Part shown: positions 62,063-64,000 of the stretch, piece by piece
Numbering within the stretch: the first letter of the stretch is position 1
Layout of the letters: the number at the start of each line of letters is the position of its first letter
NCBI GenBank assembly: GCA_036172245.1
Contig: JAYWIR010000006.1
Location: 2,108,001-2,172,000 of the forward strand
Direction: 5' to 3'
Origin: Raillietiella orientalis
Lineage: Eukaryota
Length of the DNA: 64,000 nt
Notes under the pieces: model-generated
The model's database searches: none
Seen by the model: only the letters and a program-made list of their open reading frames with translations
Told to the model about the DNA's origin: nothing
Translations under genes and position numbers: made by a program

Positions 62063-64000
62063 TTGTGATTCGGTCACCCCAGGGCGTCCATTCGAATTAA
62101 GACCTATGTTGAGCGCCGGCACGCAAGTCGGCAGTGAAGAAAGCGGTAAAAGTGGGGCAGAAAGCAGGAAGATCAGAAAGGAAGCAAAAAAAAATAAATA
62201 GGCAAATAACTAAAATGTCACGAGGATTGGGGATCGCCTAAAAATAATGCTTCCGGCACCAGGATCGAGGCAGGTTTGTCCGTTTCCACTAAGAAGTCGG
62301 CGTCTGCCTTTACTCCTGGGCGAAGGTTGCACCCTCCTCTTCATCGGGGCAATGTTCGGTCGTTCCTTGCGGCGGCCCGTGCTCCACCTCGTGGTGAGCC
62401 ATCACGATCACATGGATTCAGCATGCGATGGCCAGGGAGCCGGAGGTGGAGCGTCCACAATCTCGCCGAAGCTGCCGAAGGGAGTCCCACGGGTGCAAGA
62501 GGGCTGCAGCTGTGCTCTTCCATCCTTCCAGACATTTGGTTCCCGACGGGCCGCTCAAGAGCAGAGGTGTTGGGATGTTCCTTGTTGAGGAGGAGATTCT
62601 GTCAGACAGGCTCATTTCATCGTTTCGAAACCCACGACTGGCAGCAGCTGCAGCTGTCTCCCCTATGACGGATGGACTCGGTTGTCCTCGAGCAGGGACA
62701 ACGGCCAAAGGCGTATTGTCTTCTGAGGTTTCTACTGCTTTGGTTTAGATGGTGTTTCTGAGGGTATGTGGGGCGCCCAGATTCACCAGTCGTATTGAAT
62801 ACTGGACAGCTGGACTGGTTCGCATTTGGTCTAAGGATTTCTAGCTCTTGAAGGACCACGTCATTCTTTGGGTGCCAGGGTTCCAGTAACCGGAGGACAA
62901 TTGTGCGAGTTGACCCTTGACCTCCTCCCTAGAGCGCATGGTTCCCGTATTCTCGTTCTTTCGCGTGCCATCTGAACAAAGCCGGTGTGCTTTTCTCAGG
63001 ACGAGATCAGGTCTCCAGAGGTGAGTGCCATCGCCGATAGTCCGCTTGTCACATTCTTGGAGCAGCCGAACAGGACTTCGCGCGCGCACCCTCGTGCAGA
63101 CGCACGCAGAGAACTCCCCTCCCTCCTCTCCTTCCTTTGAGGCCGTGGTTTTCGGCTCCAAAGAACTCCCCACCCTCCTTCGCTCGGAGAGCTGTTTCGC
63201 GTCTCTTCGCTTCTCCCCTCGCCGCATTTTTCGGAGAAGTCTCATTTCCCACCTCGACATTGCTGACGCCAGCAGATCGCATCCGGAACCTGGGAGACCG
63301 GCTTGACTTACGCGATGTTACTGCCATCATCCGTGGGTAACCTCGGGTGGTGTCGATTTTACCTTCCACGAGGCACTCTGCTGCGGCGAACAGTCCGGTT
63401 GTAGAATGGAGGGGGCTCTCCAGCTTGGATGAGGGCGCTTCTGATGGCTTGTTCGAACCACAAGGATGGGCTGGAACACCGGCACGGCGTGTGTCGCGCA
63501 TTGCATGGCTTCTCTTGAAGAAGAGGATGGAGCGACCAAGAGCATGTTCTCGAACGCTGCCCGATGCCTGCAAGAGAAGGCACTGCTTCCGAGCGGCAGG
63601 CCTTGTCTCGACCGCAATCGGGAACCCTCCACTCGCGCTTTGTCAACAGCGACCTCCAGCACGCCTCTGTCTACGGAGCATGCAGTCCTGCAGCCTTACA
63701 CTGTGAGGACCATCAGCGATGGTCCCCACAGCGTAAGATCGAGCGACTTCTGTATGTTGTATTTCCATGCTGGTGACGAAAGGGGGGGAGAGGAGAGAAA
63801 CGGAAAGAATCGTGGTGATGATTGCGATGATACGGTGGTGGCGGAGATGGTGACAGATGTGGGAACCATCTTCGGAACGGCCCATTCATCCCGCCGGCTC
63901 ACATTTGCGAGGGTGCAGTTGGCATGTCGCGCGCAGGCTGGCAGCGGACGAGGCGCCGGGCTCGAGATGAGGCGCGCGCGCCCCAGACGCTGACAACAGC
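62063..64000 (-). mobile_element. Degenerate LINE 3' half
   Basis: GRCPCSRTTESIRHRGDSC finger (ORF 62617..62859); motif A at 62116-62131; terminal unit at 62069-62092. Confidence 0.6.
62069..62092 (-). other. LINE 3'-terminal unit
   Basis: AATGGA CGC CCTGG GGTGA CCGAA. Confidence 0.65.

Noticed and set aside
6530..62092. The 24-nt unit as a CRISPR repeat, bacterial terminator or Helitron end
   Set aside because: Copies are irregularly spaced (usually kilobases apart) on both strands and tied to LINE ends with TSDs. There are no cas genes, no prokaryotic gene structure and no CTRR terminus.

Overview
This is eukaryotic, gene-free DNA made almost entirely of heavily decayed, nested non-LTR retrotransposons. 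About 30 fragments lie on both strands. Their architecture is L1-clade and plant-like: ORF1 with a CCHC knuckle, then AP endonuclease (EN), reverse transcriptase (RT) and a C-terminal zf-RVT-type zinc finger. I could not support any intact ORF2, host gene, RNA gene, LTR element or CRISPR array; the long ORFs in the track appear to be antisense or off-frame shadows of these relics. The most interesting signal is a structured 3' terminus conserved across copies whose ORFs are otherwise ruined. It consists of an upstream stem-loop (CCGRC-CTGCGT-GCCGG) and an indel-free 24-nt unit AATAAA-CGY-CCCGG-(C/A)GTRA-CCGGG, seen in 9 copies with compensatory changes. Two clear target-site duplications (TSDs) and one degenerate one place the element ends only 6-7 nt after this hairpin, with no real poly(A) tail. 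All protein assignments are by-eye motif recognition across frameshifts and stops. Boundaries not fixed by a TSD are approximate, and the organism cannot be identified.
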